From positions 27,032,001-27,096,000 of the forward strand of contig OX597819.1 of NCBI GenBank assembly GCA_951406725.2: a DNA stretch of 64,000 bases, given 5' to 3'. Made by a program: the position numbers and the translations under genes. Source of the stretch: Octopus vulgaris (lineage: Eukaryota). The notes under the pieces are model-generated. The model did not search any database and was not told the DNA's origin. It was given only the letters and a program-made list of their open reading frames with translations. Positions 1 to 12,902 of the stretch are shown here, piece after piece (positions within the stretch are counted from its first letter, which is position 1; the number at the start of each line of letters is the position of its first letter).

Positions 1-2106
1 TAACATAGATTGCGATCATTTTTCTGAAGATATATACGGGATTGTCACGGCTAGAAGGTTTTTGTTCATAGTTCAACAGCAAAAAATCTACAAACAGCTA
101 TTTACATCATGCAATGGATATATATGTTCATGCGTCACATGCATACACGTATAGAAAATTCACTTATAGGCCCATGCGAACGTGTATACACATGCGAATA
201 TATACATATCCAGGCGTTATAACCTACACATACATGTATTCGCATGCACACATATATATGGAAAATAGAAAAAATTTACAAACTTGCAAATAAAAATGTG
301 ATTTCATACAATGCATACATTATATGCCTATAATGATAATTATGTTAAGCTCACCGACGAAATGAGTGATTACGGAATTTATGTTTACACACATGCACTC
401 TCTAACATAGGCAATCCCTGACACACATACACACATAGTAATTAAAGCAACAGGTGAATTTATAAATTTTTACGTAGCTTCACACAAACGCGCGCGAGAA
501 CACACCCACATATCCAACAATATCTTGTTTGATGTATACTAGAATACCACGGCACATCTGTTATGAGATTCATTCGCGAACGACATTTAATCTACTTAAA
601 GATAGCCATTCCTGAAGCCATTAGTAATCGATTAGCTTTCCCCCCTGCCCTTCCCTTCACACAAATGAACATCCACATATATTAGCATCGTTCCTATTAC
701 AACCACACACCGCAAACACACATACACGACACCTTATTTACATTAAACTAAAACAATGTTTTATCTCTCACACACACCTGCACATGCATACATGCTTATT
801 ACATCTATATTACACCTGCTCTAGCGTACATACTCATATATTCTCTCCCCTTTCAGCCTCCCCACAACTCACTCGCACAACTAATTCCTTCAGCACATAC
901 CTAATATATACTCACCACCCAATACACACTCCTCTGTTACAGGCCACATACCCTTACCCACTTCCGTTTCGCTATTTCCCATATTATTTCGATAATCCAT
1001 ACATTTTTTTCTCGAACTATTTCTTCTCCTTTTCTTCTCTGCCAATCTTGACAAAGGAAAAATTGTCCGAATCGTCGATAGAACTTTATTTCCTTCCTAA
1101 CATAATACATTGAATGTAATCCGTTGTTTTTCGGTTTGCGGACTACTTTTCATAAACTGCTCCTAGACAACCGTGCTGTCACAGGTCAATATTCCGGATT
1201 CCTCAGATTCTGTGATACACTATGAATAGAGAATGTTGAGAGCGTCACGTTTTTGATCCCTTTAACAGTAGGTTTCTCAAGGTGGAGCTAAGCAACAACA
1301 ATCGTATATACATAGTGACAATTTGCTTTTGTACTTGTGCTGATGCACCCACCTTCAATTTAATGCTCTCGCTTGACTGATTCTTGGTGAGCTGTTGTCA
1401 CTTACGTACAGAGGCCCCTTATCGAGCAGACCTATTGTCAAAGGAATTCTACCCATGATCGATATATATCATCCTTTATAACGCTTTAATTTTCTTTTTA
1501 ATTTTTTTAGTCATAGTGTATTTGCAAGCATCCTTACGATTTGAGGGTGATTGAGTAGTTATTTCTAGCAGATGAAATGACTGCAAATTCTCAAAGAGGA
1601 AATGGGAGATATGAGTACAATTAACAATTATTTGTAGTTGGGTTCTTTTTTTGTTTTGTTTTGTTTTTGGTTTTTTTTTTTTGGTATTTTGTTTTTCTTA
1701 TGGCAAATAAGCAATAAAAGCAGAGGCATTATACGATCGCTATATAATCCAAATGAAACAAATACTGACAAAAAATAACTTTGCATCCTCAGCATGAAAA
1801 ACTTTTAGTCGATTGTGATATCTACTTCATACCTAATTGCTTTGTCCTTGTGTCGATCTCTCAAATCCTGATGGAATCATTTCGGAACCGATGTGACTTA
1901 CGCGTATATTAGGCATTTTTAGACCTGGCGTTGCTTATTTTTGGCCAAATCTGACCATAGCTGATTTTTCCCAGAAAGAGAGAGAGAGAGAGATGGAAGG
2001 GAAAAGAGACGGAGAGGGAGAAAGAGGGAAGGAGAGATAGAGAATAATTGACTTTATGATGAGTGATGTTTTATTTATCGACCCCAAAAATATAACAAGT
2101 AGAATG

Positions 2107-2529
2107 GGATCTTTTCGGTTTGAATGGCAGTTTTTTCTAGCGGTGTCATATGAAATTGTCACCCATAATTATGACCCTAGAATCGATCTATTGCATTTCA
2201 ATCTGTTTTAGGGTTAGGGTTAGTTAGGGTTAGGGGTGGGGGAAGGCTATTTTTTTTTCTTCACAAATGTAAATAAACCCAATCTGTTTCTTAAACGAGG
2301 GACATATTCATACGGCACAGAATGTTTTTTAACTCAAAAGACGTCACTGATTGGTTGAAATTGCAGAAATTGAAGAAAAAACAACAAATATCTTACAAAC
2401 TATAGAATTTTCTCAATAAAGCCAAGAGAAAAGATGTTTTATAAACACATTCTACCAGTATACGAAGTTTAAAATTTTTTAGTTACCTAGAAATTATGTT
2501 AAAAACTGCCGTTCAAACCGAAAAGATCC
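2107..2529. mobile_element. MITE with ~30-bp TIRs and near-perfect 8-bp TSD (Merlin-like termini), containing TTAGGG repeats
   Basis: TIRs GGATCTTTTCGGTTTGAATGGCAGTTTTT / AAAAACTGCCGTTCAAACCGAAAAGATCC. Flanks gtagaatg / gtagaatt. Confidence 0.8.
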
Positions 2530-3123
2530 GTAGAATTAACAATACATACCTTGTTATAAACACACAAATTCACGAGTATGAGAACTTTTAAATGTCATGT
2601 GTAAACTGGAAATGCAGAATAACCCCTAGATATACATTTGTATTAAGAAAATGAATTTTCAATTTTACAAAGTCAAACCCATGTAATTTTATATTACAGG
2701 TTTACTATTAAGGATTAAAGCGTTTCTCATTATTCTCTTCTGTTTTATATCACATGGAATTGCAGAGTTTCGATAACGATTACGGATTTGGATATGGCTT
2801 AAATCTTGAGTTCCCAACTCAACACTAAAGGGTCAGAATCAGTGTCGATACATTTACTCGATTAATGTTCCTTGAGAATAAAACAAAAAAAAAACTGATG
2901 AAATTATTTGAAAATTTTAAAAATCTTTTACTACTTTAGTCTATCGATCTCGCTAGTTTAATATTATAAGATCGAATCTGTCCCCTAAAGAGCTGATATA
3001 TCGAAGCAATTAAGGGCTCACCATTTGCATGTTGTTGGTTACGCCGTTCACATGAACAACACTACGGGGATACTTGACTAATTTCACTGGGCTATGTTGG
3101 AAAGTTAGATATTATATCTGAAG

Positions 3124-3320
3124 CAAGGTGGTGAACTGGGCGACCCGTTTGCATGACGGTCAAGTTAGCAGTTTTTCTTCCTGCTTTAGACACTGAGTTC
3201 AAATGCCGCCGTGATCAACTTTACTTTTCATCCTCTCGGCGTCGATAAAATAAGTACCAGTTAAGTACTAGCACCTACCTACCCATAAAATTGCGAGCTT
3301 GTACCTATAGTAGGCAGGAA
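3124..3320 (+). mobile_element. Degenerate SINE family B copy
   Basis: gagttcaaatgccgcc...ttttcatcctctcggcgtcgataaaataagtaccagtt matches the younger B copies. Confidence 0.7.
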
Positions 3321-3959
3321 GTATGTGAAGAGATTACATTTCAAATACACAATAATAGGCACGTTTATAAACGAAGTTTAGAAGCGTCGAATGTATTTGG
3401 TATTTTACAAACAAACAAGTAAATTTTGAACGCAGTATAACCGTGAAACGACAGAAAGATTGGGTATTTTTACCCTTATACGACGGGAAAATAATTTCCA
3501 CTTGACCCAGAATTACCAAACTTTTGTTAATCCCGTCCAACAATCTGAGCCGTAAAAAAATAGAATTTAATTTGAATTCCCAACATCTATTCAAATGAAA
3601 TTTACCAAGTTCTATGGAGGTTAGTAAACATGAGGCTAATAGCAAGCCTGTGGGTGCTAGCAAACCCTTAGGGATGCTAGTATCCCAAACTCAGAGTGGT
3701 GATGTAAGAGCTGATGTTCAAACTCAGGTCATCCTTGATCGAGTAAACCCCATGAGATCAAAGGTGCTCTACCCATGATTATTCCATTATTTTTAAGAGA
3801 GTTCGTTGTTACTTAAGTTGAACGACCACACTGAGGTCATCTCACCACCTCATCACGGCTAGTGTAATGTTTACCTATGTTGGAATGTACACACTAACAA
3901 CATGAGATATGATCGTAATGTCGTTAGGCAGATAATGAAATTCTGACATCCGATATGAC

Positions 3960-4010
<51 letters not shown>

Positions 4011-4032
4011 CACACGTGTGTGTATGTATGTG

Positions 4033-4085
<53 letters not shown>

Positions 4086-4664
4086 GCATAAAACTATAGA
4101 AATAAATAGATGGATAGATAAGTAAATAGATGGTTATAATCAAATGAACAATAATTTTCTTATACATCAATATTCATCTGCTGGACAGTGATTCGGTAAA
4201 CACTTATTGAATCATCTCAGCTTTTAGCAAAGTCTGCTGTCTCCTGTTACAGCGATATATTTTTCTACTTAATGATCAATACTTTTCTTCCTAATCACAA
4301 GAAATGTTGATTTTGTTTTGGAAGAATTATTATTTTTTTTATTTTTGGTTGTTTTGTTTTTTTGCTTGTTTGTTTTTTTCTAATTTGCAGTCTAAGAATA
4401 CATTCCTGTATTCAGCTTTGCTAATATTTCGAGGATACGTTTCTTGACTAATGTTACTTTTATCGCATGTTCGAACCTTGTTGACACTGATGTTCCGCGG
4501 TAGCAGTGTAAAAAGATACCTCCAGTCGCAGGCGTAGCTGTGTGGTAACAAGTTTGCTTCCCAACTACATGGTTCTGGGGCCATTCCCATTACGTGGCAC
4601 CTCGGTCCAACCAGAATTTTCTGAGTGGATTTGTGAACAGAAACTGAAAGAAGCCCGTCATATA

Positions 4665-5937
4665 TAGGGTCATCCCATAAATAATGCAGGTTGCTTTTTT
4701 TTATTTTTTCAAAATTAAGAGAAACAAAGTTCTTTTTTAATCTAAAATATACTCTCCTTCATTTTCTGCAACGTTCTTCCATCTATCTGGGAGACTTACA
4801 AGACTCCTCTTCCAAAATTCACTTGTCCGTGACGAAAAATACTCCTCCAGTACTGTTCTAGCCTTGTCTAAAGAATTCATATGTTTTCCGTCCAAATGAT
4901 TTTGAAGACTGGAATAAATGATAATCAGATGGAGCAATGTCCGGCGAATATGGTGGGTGGGGCATCGTTTTCCATTCAAACTGCTCCAGCCTTTCGAATG
5001 TCATCCTCGCTGTATGTTGCCGCGCATTATCCTGATGGAAGAACACCTTTCGTCCTGAAACCAAAGATGGTTGTTTTTCTTCAAGTGCTGACTCAAGCCA
5101 CGCAAGCTGCTTGCAGTAGATCTCCTTTGTTATCGTTTGGTCTGGCTTTAAAAGTTCAAAATGGACTAAACTTTTCATATCCCACCAAACCGTTGACAAC
5201 ACCTTACGTTGGTGAACACCTTCTTTAGCATGGGGTGCCGGTGATTCTTCTTTCCCTCCCCACTATCTTCGGCGCTTGACCCTTTTCTAGAGAACCTCAT
5301 TTCTCGTCACCACTTACTATTCGGTCCAAAAACTTTCATTCGTGAGAATGACAGCAGAGAAGAGGACACATTCACTCTCTGCATGCGATTGGACTCGTAA
5401 AGTTTATGAGGAACCCATTGACCCAATTTGCTGATTTTTCCGATGGCATGCAGGTGTCGATGTATGGTTGAAAAACCAAATTCAAGCTTCTCTGCTAGTT
5501 CTTCAACAGTTGCGATGGAATTTTGTTCCATCGGGGTTTGCAGGACGTCCTCATTGAGCTCTACAGATCTTTCAGGGCGAGGCTCGGTTTCTAGGCTGTA
5601 GTTTCCGGCTCGGAATTTCTGGAACCACCGTTGACACTGGCTTACGCTTATTGTCCGATCCCCATATACTGCATTAATATTCCCCGCACTTTCCGTTACG
5701 TTGTTGCCTTTATTGAACTCATAGAGCAAAATATGCTGGATATGCTTCCTTTGTCACTTCCATTATAGCTTTGAAAACATAACTGTTAAAATCGAAAAGC
5801 CCTCTTCAAAACTTGCACCAAGAATAAAAGCAAACTAAAATTACTACCTGCAGGTTGAAGCAGGTAGTTTATTCCGTCCCCCTCCGACTTTCAGTTCATG
5901 CAACTGAAAAGACCGCATTATTTATTAGATGACCAAG
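4665..5937 (-). mobile_element. Mariner (Tc1/mariner) DNA transposon, full length but decayed
   Basis: Imperfect TIRs TAGGGTCATCCCATAAATAATGC / GCATTATTTATTAGATGACCAAG. TA on both sides. About 1.27 kb. Confidence 0.93.
4737..5763 (-). pseudogene. Frameshifted mariner transposase
   Basis: Motifs WVPHKL, VWWD, HQDNARQH and YSPDIAPSDYHLF are spread over three ORF pieces (5307-5729, 4858-5202, 4737-4979). ATG at 5763. Confidence 0.93.
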
Positions 5938-6317
5938 TATATATTCTCTGTGTGTGTCTTTGTGTCTGTGTCCCCAACCAACGCTTTACCACCAGTGTTA
6001 GTGTGTTTACGTCCCCCATAACTTAGCAGTTCGGCAATAGGCCCCGATAGAATAAGTACCTGTTTTAAAAAGAGGATAAGTACTGGGGTCGAGTAATTTG
6101 ATTAAAACTCATCAAGGCGGTGCCCCAGCATGGGGCCGCACTCTAATGACTGAAAGAAGTAAAAATCAAAAAGTGATCTAATGTGATTTATCGTTCAGCT
6201 AGAAATAGCAGCCAAATTTCCCTTTTTAAACAAAAACAAAAACAAAATATCAAAGCCATTGTCCTTGCACCTCATGAAAAGCAAACATATCTGTTATTTT
6301 TATTCTTTGCATTTCAG

Positions 6318-6441
6318 GATTTAGTGACCCCTTTATCCTGATCCATTTGAGCCCAGAGCACATTTTCCCCAACATCACAGTTCAGAAGACTCAGATCGTC
6401 AAGAAAACATTAAATCCGGTTTTTGACGAATTATTTGAATT
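6318..6441 (+). CDS. BAIAP3: Internal exon of a Munc13-4/BAIAP3 (Unc-13-4) family gene, N-terminal half of the C2B domain
   Basis: Acceptor ttctttgcatttcag| and donor |gtaagt. Translates (G)FSDPFILIHLSPEHIFPNITVQKTQIVKKTLNPVFDELFE(F), with the C2 motifs SDPF and KKTLNPVFDE. Phases 1 and 2. BAIAP3 vs UNC13D orthology cannot be resolved by eye. Confidence 0.92.
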
Positions 6442-6481
6442 GTAAGTAAAAACTTATTTTTATTATTTTGCTATTAATATA

Positions 6482-6852
6482 AGGCAGCGAACTGGCAGAA
6501 ACGTTAGCACGCCGGGCGAATTGCTTAGCCGTATTTCGTCTGTCTTTACGTTCTGAAATCAAATTCCGCCGAGGTCGACTTTGCCTTTCATCCTTTCGGG
6601 GTCAATAAATTAATCGACTTAATCCATTTGTCTGCCCTTGTTTGTTTGTCCCTTCTGTGTTTAGCCCCTTGTGGGTAGTAAAGAAATAGGCATTTCGTCT
6701 GTCGTTACGTTCCGAGTTCAAATTCCACCGAGATCGACTTTTTCTTGCATCCTTTCGGAATCGATAAATCAAGTGCCAGTTGAGTACTGGGGTCGATGTG
6801 ATCGACTATCCCCCACCCCCAAATTTTGGGCCTTGTGCCTACAGCAAAAAGG
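6482..6852 (+). mobile_element. SINE family B dimer (tRNA-like head, Meta-domain-like body)
   Basis: ggcagcgaactggcagaaacgttagcacgccggg...gaggtcgactttgcctttcatcctttcgggg. 19-bp TSD attattttgcYattaatat. Confidence 0.88.
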
Positions 6853-7026
6853 ATTATTTTGCCATTAATATGCTAAACTAAATTACGTTCATGTATTTGT
6901 TTTGCAAGTTGCTGTTTTTTTTATGTGAAATTGTGCGTTGATGCTTTTATTGCTATATTTGGGGATGGTCGTCGTTTGCCAATTAAACACACGCTGTTTA
7001 TTTGATCTTCATTTTAGTTTTATTAT

Positions 7027-7440
7027 GTGAAGACGCATGGCTCAGTGGTTAGAGGGTCGAGCTCACAATCATGAGGTAGTGAGTTCGATTCCCAGACTGG
7101 GAACTGTTTTCTGACCACATTCTCTGTTCGTAGCCCTTTTTTCAACCTCTTACAATATACAGAGATATGATTGTTCTGTTTATATCTAGTTTTATTCCAG
7201 TCTACATTGTCAAAATCTATTTCCTGTTGCTCCACTTCACTCAGCTGTAGAAATGAATTGTGATATCACAGGTACCAAGCTGTATCGGCCTATGCCTTGA
7301 CATCGATGATGTGGAGAAGGAATACTGGCATGTATGGGCAACTGCTGGTCTTCCAAAAACAACCTTGCTCGGACTTGTACCTTGGAGGGGAACTTTCTAG
7401 ACGCAACTCCATGGTCATTCATGACAGGAGGGGGCCTTTA
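7027..7440 (+). mobile_element. SINE family C copy (tRNA head), with an internal AT-rich insert
   Basis: Box A tggctcagtgg and box B gagttcgattcc. Body shared with 61725-62000. Confidence 0.75.
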
Positions 7441-7469
7441 CCCATTACTTAAGTTTTATTAGTATAGCC

Positions 7470-7867
7470 GGCCGCCAACACTTTTTTTCTGCAAAATAGG
7501 GGTAGCTTATCCTGTTTAGGCTATATTATTAGCATTATCCTACGTTTGAGAATTTAAAATCACTTCTCTAACGCTTCTAAAGCAAACTTCGTTTGTTTGT
7601 TTACGTTCATCGTAATTTGAATTTAACGTATGATAGAGTCTGATAAAAGCGAGATTTCTATATATCTTAAGTTTGCCGAATAATTTGGGGTGTGGGCAGT
7701 TTAGCGTAATGGTTCCGAGCACCGCGAAGCGTAATCACGGAGATGTGAGTTCGTGTCTCATCGCCAGCCGCCAACACCCTTATTTTTCTGCAAAATAGGG
7801 GTAGCTTATCCTGTTCAGGCTATATTATTAGCATTATCAAGCGTTTGAGAATTTAAAATCACTTCTT
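7470..7867 (+). repeat. ~100-bp direct repeat pair (7470-7570 and 7768-7867)
   Basis: gccgccaacac...ctgcaaaataggggtagcttatcctgttYaggctatattattagcattatc...tttaaaatcacttct occurs twice. Confidence 0.9.
7695..7770 (+). pseudogene. tRNA-Thr(CGT)-like sequence, probably a SINE head
   Basis: Box A TAGCGTAATGG, anticodon arm ccgcga-agCGTaa-tcacgg, T arm tgaGTTCGtgtctca. The acceptor stem is poor. Confidence 0.55.
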
Positions 7868-8397
7868 AAAATTTTCTTTAGTTTATTTGTCCGTTAAAGT
7901 TCTCCTGTCTATTCCATTTTATACCTTCTGTGGTGTAGTGCTTGTGTTTAATTGACAAAAGATGACCATCCCCAGGTATAACAATCTGCTAAGATAGTTA
8001 TATATGTGTGTGTTTGCATATGTGTGTGTGTGCATGCGTGAGAGCGTTCGCATATGTCGGCGTGCGTGTGTGCATTTGCGTTCGAGCATATGTAAATGGG
8101 TGTACTTGTGCGCATGTATATACAGAATATAAGGAAAAAAAGGTAGTATAGAAGGATGACAAAGACATTTACAGAAAAAAAAAGAAAGAAGCGAAAACAC
8201 ACCACAAGTAAGTTCAATTCTTTATTAGTTATGGACCAAATTTCATCACATTTTCGACACCCTCCAACAACTGAATCCAAGGAACTGAAAAATAAGACGG
8301 AAACCAGAAAAAGGTTTATACAAGGACAATAACGGGAATTTAAAATGTGTGTGTGTAACAAAACAAAAAAATAGGTAATTTGTTGTTATTTACTTAG

Positions 8398-8535
8398 CAT
8401 TACACGTGTTTCACTTGCTAATAGGAATTACAAAGTTTTACATGTCAGGCATGTGAAAAATTTTCTATTAAAAATTCTTCAGACTGAGAAATTGAATCAT
8501 TATTTTATTTAATAGCAAATGAAACACGTGTAATG
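8398..8535. mobile_element. Small MITE-like inverted repeat
   Basis: CATTACACGTGTTTCACTTGCTA / TAGCAAATGAAACACGTGTAATG. No TSD seen. Confidence 0.6.
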
Positions 8536-8604
8536 GTGAATGAATAATGCCAAAAATTTCCAACTTGCTGTTTCATTATACAATAGCTCTGCAAATAATA
8601 TTTC

Positions 8605-9325
8605 CAGGAGTGGCTGTGTGGTAAGTAGCTTGCTTATCAACCACATGGTTCCAGGTTCATTCCCAGTACGTGACACCTTGGGCAAGTATCTTCTACTATA
8701 GCCTCGGGCCGACCAAAGCCTTGTGAGTGGATTTGGTAGACGGAAACTGAAAGAAGCCCGTCGTATATATGTGTATATATATGTGTGTGTGTGTGTGTGT
8801 GTATGTATGTTTGTGTGTCTGTGTTTGCCCCCCCCCAACAACAACGCTTAACAACTGATGATGGTGTGTTTACGTCCCCGTAATCTAGCGGTTCCGCAAA
8901 TGAGACCGATAGAATAAGTACAAGGCTTACAAAGAATAAGTCCCGGGGTCGATTTGCTCGACTCTAAGGCGGTGCCCCAGCATGGCCACAGTCAAATGAC
9001 TTTAAGAGAGAAAGAAAGACCTTGGATAGGTGTCTTCTATTAGAACACTGGTCCGGCAAAAGCTTTATGAGTGAATTTTGCAGACGGAAACTAAAAGAAA
9101 CCCTGTGTCTATGTGTGTGTTGTGTGCGCGTGTGTTGTGTGCGCGTGCGCTGAGGTTTTTCTCTCGGATCACTACTTGACAACCGGTGTTGGTTGGTGGC
9201 TCGGCAAAACAGACCCATAGAATGGATACCAGACTTAAAAATGAGCACTGGGGTCGATTTGTTCGACTAAAACCCTTCAAGGCAGTGCTTCAGCATGGCC
9301 GCAGTCCACTTAGTAAAACAAGTGA
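8605..9325 (+). mobile_element. SINE family A full copy followed by a degenerate second copy
   Basis: caggagtggctgtgtggtaagtagcttgc...(TA/TG)n...ggcggtgccccagcatggccacagtcaaatgac. Confidence 0.88.
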
Positions 9326-11459
9326 TACGTATATACGTGCCATACATATACACAGTGATGTATATGCGCACGCACGCCTTTTATTATTCGGTGCTCTAAT
9401 TTTAAAATACCCGTACAGTGACACAGGCATACATTATAAACACTAATTGTATTGAGTGCTATTCAGTTTTTGTTTGTTGATCCCTATAGTGTCATGACCC
9501 GTAACCCAAAGGATTATTGCTGCTACGGTCCGGTTTTTATTAGTTTGTTTAGCCTAGTGTAACTTGACATTTTCCATTAGTATTTGTTCGATAGTGTGTA
9601 ATTTAAGGGAAATGTGAGTGCTATTTCAAGCATGTTGGGTGACTACGTAGTGGTTCCCTCGTTGTTTGATTTAATTCAGTAAAATAATTAAGACGTTGGA
9701 ATCTTTTTTTATTTTTATTTTCAGAGAGTTAATTAAACCGTTACAAAAATTCTAATCGAAACACAAAAGAAATACAAGGGAGATAACTTTAATTTATTCT
9801 TTTAGAGTTATTTCCCATGCAACAGATTTTTTTTACTTGACGCGTGAGCGTCGCTTTCACCTTTAGCTATTTCTATTGTTCGGTATGAATGCGTTTTTTA
9901 TTTAACTTACCGCTGCCAAATTTCTTATTTCAGTGAGTGAGTGACTCTGTGTGTGTGTGTGTGTGTTCGCTAGTGTGATAGTTCGTTATCATTTTACGCG
10001 ATGACCTAGCTGCAAAAAGAAATATTAACTTTTTAAATAAATAGATAAAAAGAGAAGTAGGAAGAAAAACAAAAGAATCGGTTAACGTGTTCTGCTGTGG
10101 CTGATCGAGGTCTATTCTGATAAAGTTTTTATCATACTCATATTCATTTATACAAGATTTTTTTTTCTTCTGGTCTAGTTTGCGAGCATCGCTTTCGACC
10201 TCTGCTAAAGTGATACGTAGTTTCAAAAGCCCTAGAGATACGTATCCTTGCTTCATCCCTGGCGGATTTGTCTTCAGCGAGGTTTTCCCACAGTTTGGGT
10301 CGATCTTGTTATTTTTCAAGGTCACCTTCAATACATCTCTGAATTATTTACACGGTGCACCGATATTGCACTCACAATAGAAGATTGTCTTCGGCAACCT
10401 ACGTCTCTGGTATTCTGATAACATGCCCGGCCGAGTGCAGCGGGATTTGCTTGGACGTAGCAAATTAGAAGCATTGGCACACCTCAGAACAGTTGTATTG
10501 TGAATTTTATTCTGCCAATTCATGTTTAAAATATAGCTTAGACATGTGGAAAGGATTAAGCTTTTCAGCTCGGTAGCCAAATTAAGATAGCATATATATT
10601 GAAAGCATAAGAACAGCAATTGACTGGAAAGGATATAGCGGTTGCAGAATGTATGATAGTATATTTTAAAAGGTAAATCACTAAAGCTGGAGTAAGTTTA
10701 CATTGTACTCAAGGTGCTCAACTTGCACGAACCAACAGTCAAATTCTCCTATCACAGCTCAACGTCTTTCAAAAAATAATATTAGATTAGTTAATGTTGC
10801 TGAGGTACTTGATGCCTCGATCAAACACGGAAGAGCCATGCTTAACACTCTTTTGATCATAAATTTACTTGATCAGGACTGGCCTGGTGTGAAACAACCA
10901 CTCCACAAGATAACAAACGAAGAAGCCGTTACATGATCACTGAAACTGTTAGGAATAGAAGCGAAATCGCCCTCAAATTACAACTGTCTTCAAAAGAAAA
11001 AACGAAACCAGAGACGCATTGGACAACGTAAACATAAAGACGGGGTGGTCACGGTCGGAACTCCTATGATCATAGATCTGCAAAATCTATGTTTAATCAT
11101 TAGATTAAACAATAACAGTCCATCATTTAGCATTCTGAACAGTAAAAGTGGTTTCGAGAAATAAACATTGGCTCCATCTGTGGATCGAAACTGTTCCCTC
11201 CGGATTTAAAGTCACAAAAGGAAATTTTAAAGACCATCAAGCTGTATCTACGAAGTCTCTTCGACTTCTAGAAATATAAACCAAATCAACCAAATATACT
11301 CTTAAAAATCAAACGTCATATCGGATCATTCTCTTTCAGATTCACTATGACATCATCACTTTTACGTCCTTCCTACCATGCTAGCATGGGTTCCATGGGA
11401 CGCTTTGAGGCAGCGTTTTACCATAGGATGCTTATCTTGGTGTCAAACATTTAATTGCC

Positions 11460-11876
11460 TATTTCTTTACTACCCACAAGGGGCTAAATACAGAGAGGAC
11501 AAACAAGGACAGACAAACGGATTAAGTCGATTATATCGACCCCAGTGCGTAACTGGTACTTATTTAATCGACCCCGAAAGGATGAAAGGCAAAGTCGACC
11601 TCGGCGGAATTTGAACTCAGAACGTAACGGCAGACGAAATATTTATTTCTTTATTACCCACAAGGGGCTAAACATAGAGAGGACAAACAAGGACAGACAA
11701 ACGGATTAAGTCGATTACATCGACCCCAGTGCGTAACTGGTACTTATTTAATCGACCCCGAAAGGTTGAAAGGCAAAGTCGACCTCGGCGGAATTTGAAC
11801 TCAAAACGTAACGGCAGACGAAATACCGCAAAGCATTTCGCCCGGCGTGCTAACGTTTCTGCCAGCTCGCCGCCTT
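11460..11876 (-). mobile_element. SINE family B dimer
   Basis: Reverse complement of the B consensus with two body units. TSD-like atttaattRcct. Confidence 0.9.
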
Positions 11877-12157
11877 ATTTAATTACCTGTTAGGACACTG
11901 AGACACCAAGCCACACTATCTTCTGAAAATAAGACTAGGTAGTCAAAGCAGAAACGTCTTCGATCAAAAGTCTTATTGGGTTGGTGCTTGATCCGGGACT
12001 AAGCAACATCTACACGTAAAACCAGTCAAATCATATAATGATGGAGAAAGCAGCAGTTGGGTTGTAAAGCTAGGAAGAGTCATGACGGCAAAATTGATAA
12101 CACGAAGCGGTTCAGTGCCACCCCTTGATTATTAGTCAATCGGTTAAATATCAATCC

Positions 12158-12573
12158 AAGGCAGCGAGCTGGCAGAAACGTTAGCACGTCGGGCGAAATG
12201 CTTAGCGGTATTTCGTCTGCCGTTACGTTGTGAGTTCAAATTCCGCCGAGGTCGACTTTACCTTTCATCCTTTCGGGGTCGATAAATTAAGTACCAGTTA
12301 AGCACTGGGGTCGATGTAATCGACTTAATACCTATGTCTGTCCTTGTTTGTCCCCTCTGTGTTTAGCCCCTTGTGGGTAATAAAGAAATAGGTATTTCGT
12401 CTGCCGTTACGTTCTGAGTTCAAATTCCGCCGAGGTCGACTTTGCCTTTCATCCTTTCGGGGTCGATAAATTAAGTACCAGTTACGCACTGGGGTCGATG
12501 TAATCGACTTAATACCTATGTCTGTCCTTGTTTGTCCCTTCTATGTTTAGACCCTTGTGGGTAATAAAGAAAT
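12158..12573 (+). mobile_element. SINE family B dimer
   Basis: Head plus two ~183-bp units. TSD gttaaatatSaatccaa. Confidence 0.92.
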
Positions 12574-12902
12574 GGGTTAAATATGAATCCAACTATCCAA
12601 TCGATCGATTAGCTTGCTGGTTAAACTGTCAATCGTTTTTGTTTCATTTTTGTACTTCGTCAGAGTTCTTTCGTTGCCATTCACAAACCTTTGCAGTGAC
12701 TTCTCTCCCAGTTCGTTAGGGTGGCCGTGTTTGTCTGAGCTCTTGTTGCTTTTATGTGTGTAGAGCTATATAAGTGTAATGGTAACATTGGGGCTTAGTG
12801 TGTCGGGACAGAGAGAGAAGGGTCAGCGTATGTGTGAGGTAGTTTGTCACGTCATAAGGGCAATGGACGTGTTTGTGTGTGCGCAGTGGTATAGATAACT
12901 AA

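Larger units (their letters stand above)
4525..6170 (+). mobile_element. SINE family A copy split by a mariner insertion in its central TA tract
   Basis: The 5' half (gctgtgtggtaacaagtttgcttcccaac...aactgaaagaagcccgtc) ends at ~4660. The 3' half (gtgtttacgtcccc...ggcggtgccccagcatgg...gactgaaag) resumes at ~5940. Confidence 0.85.
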
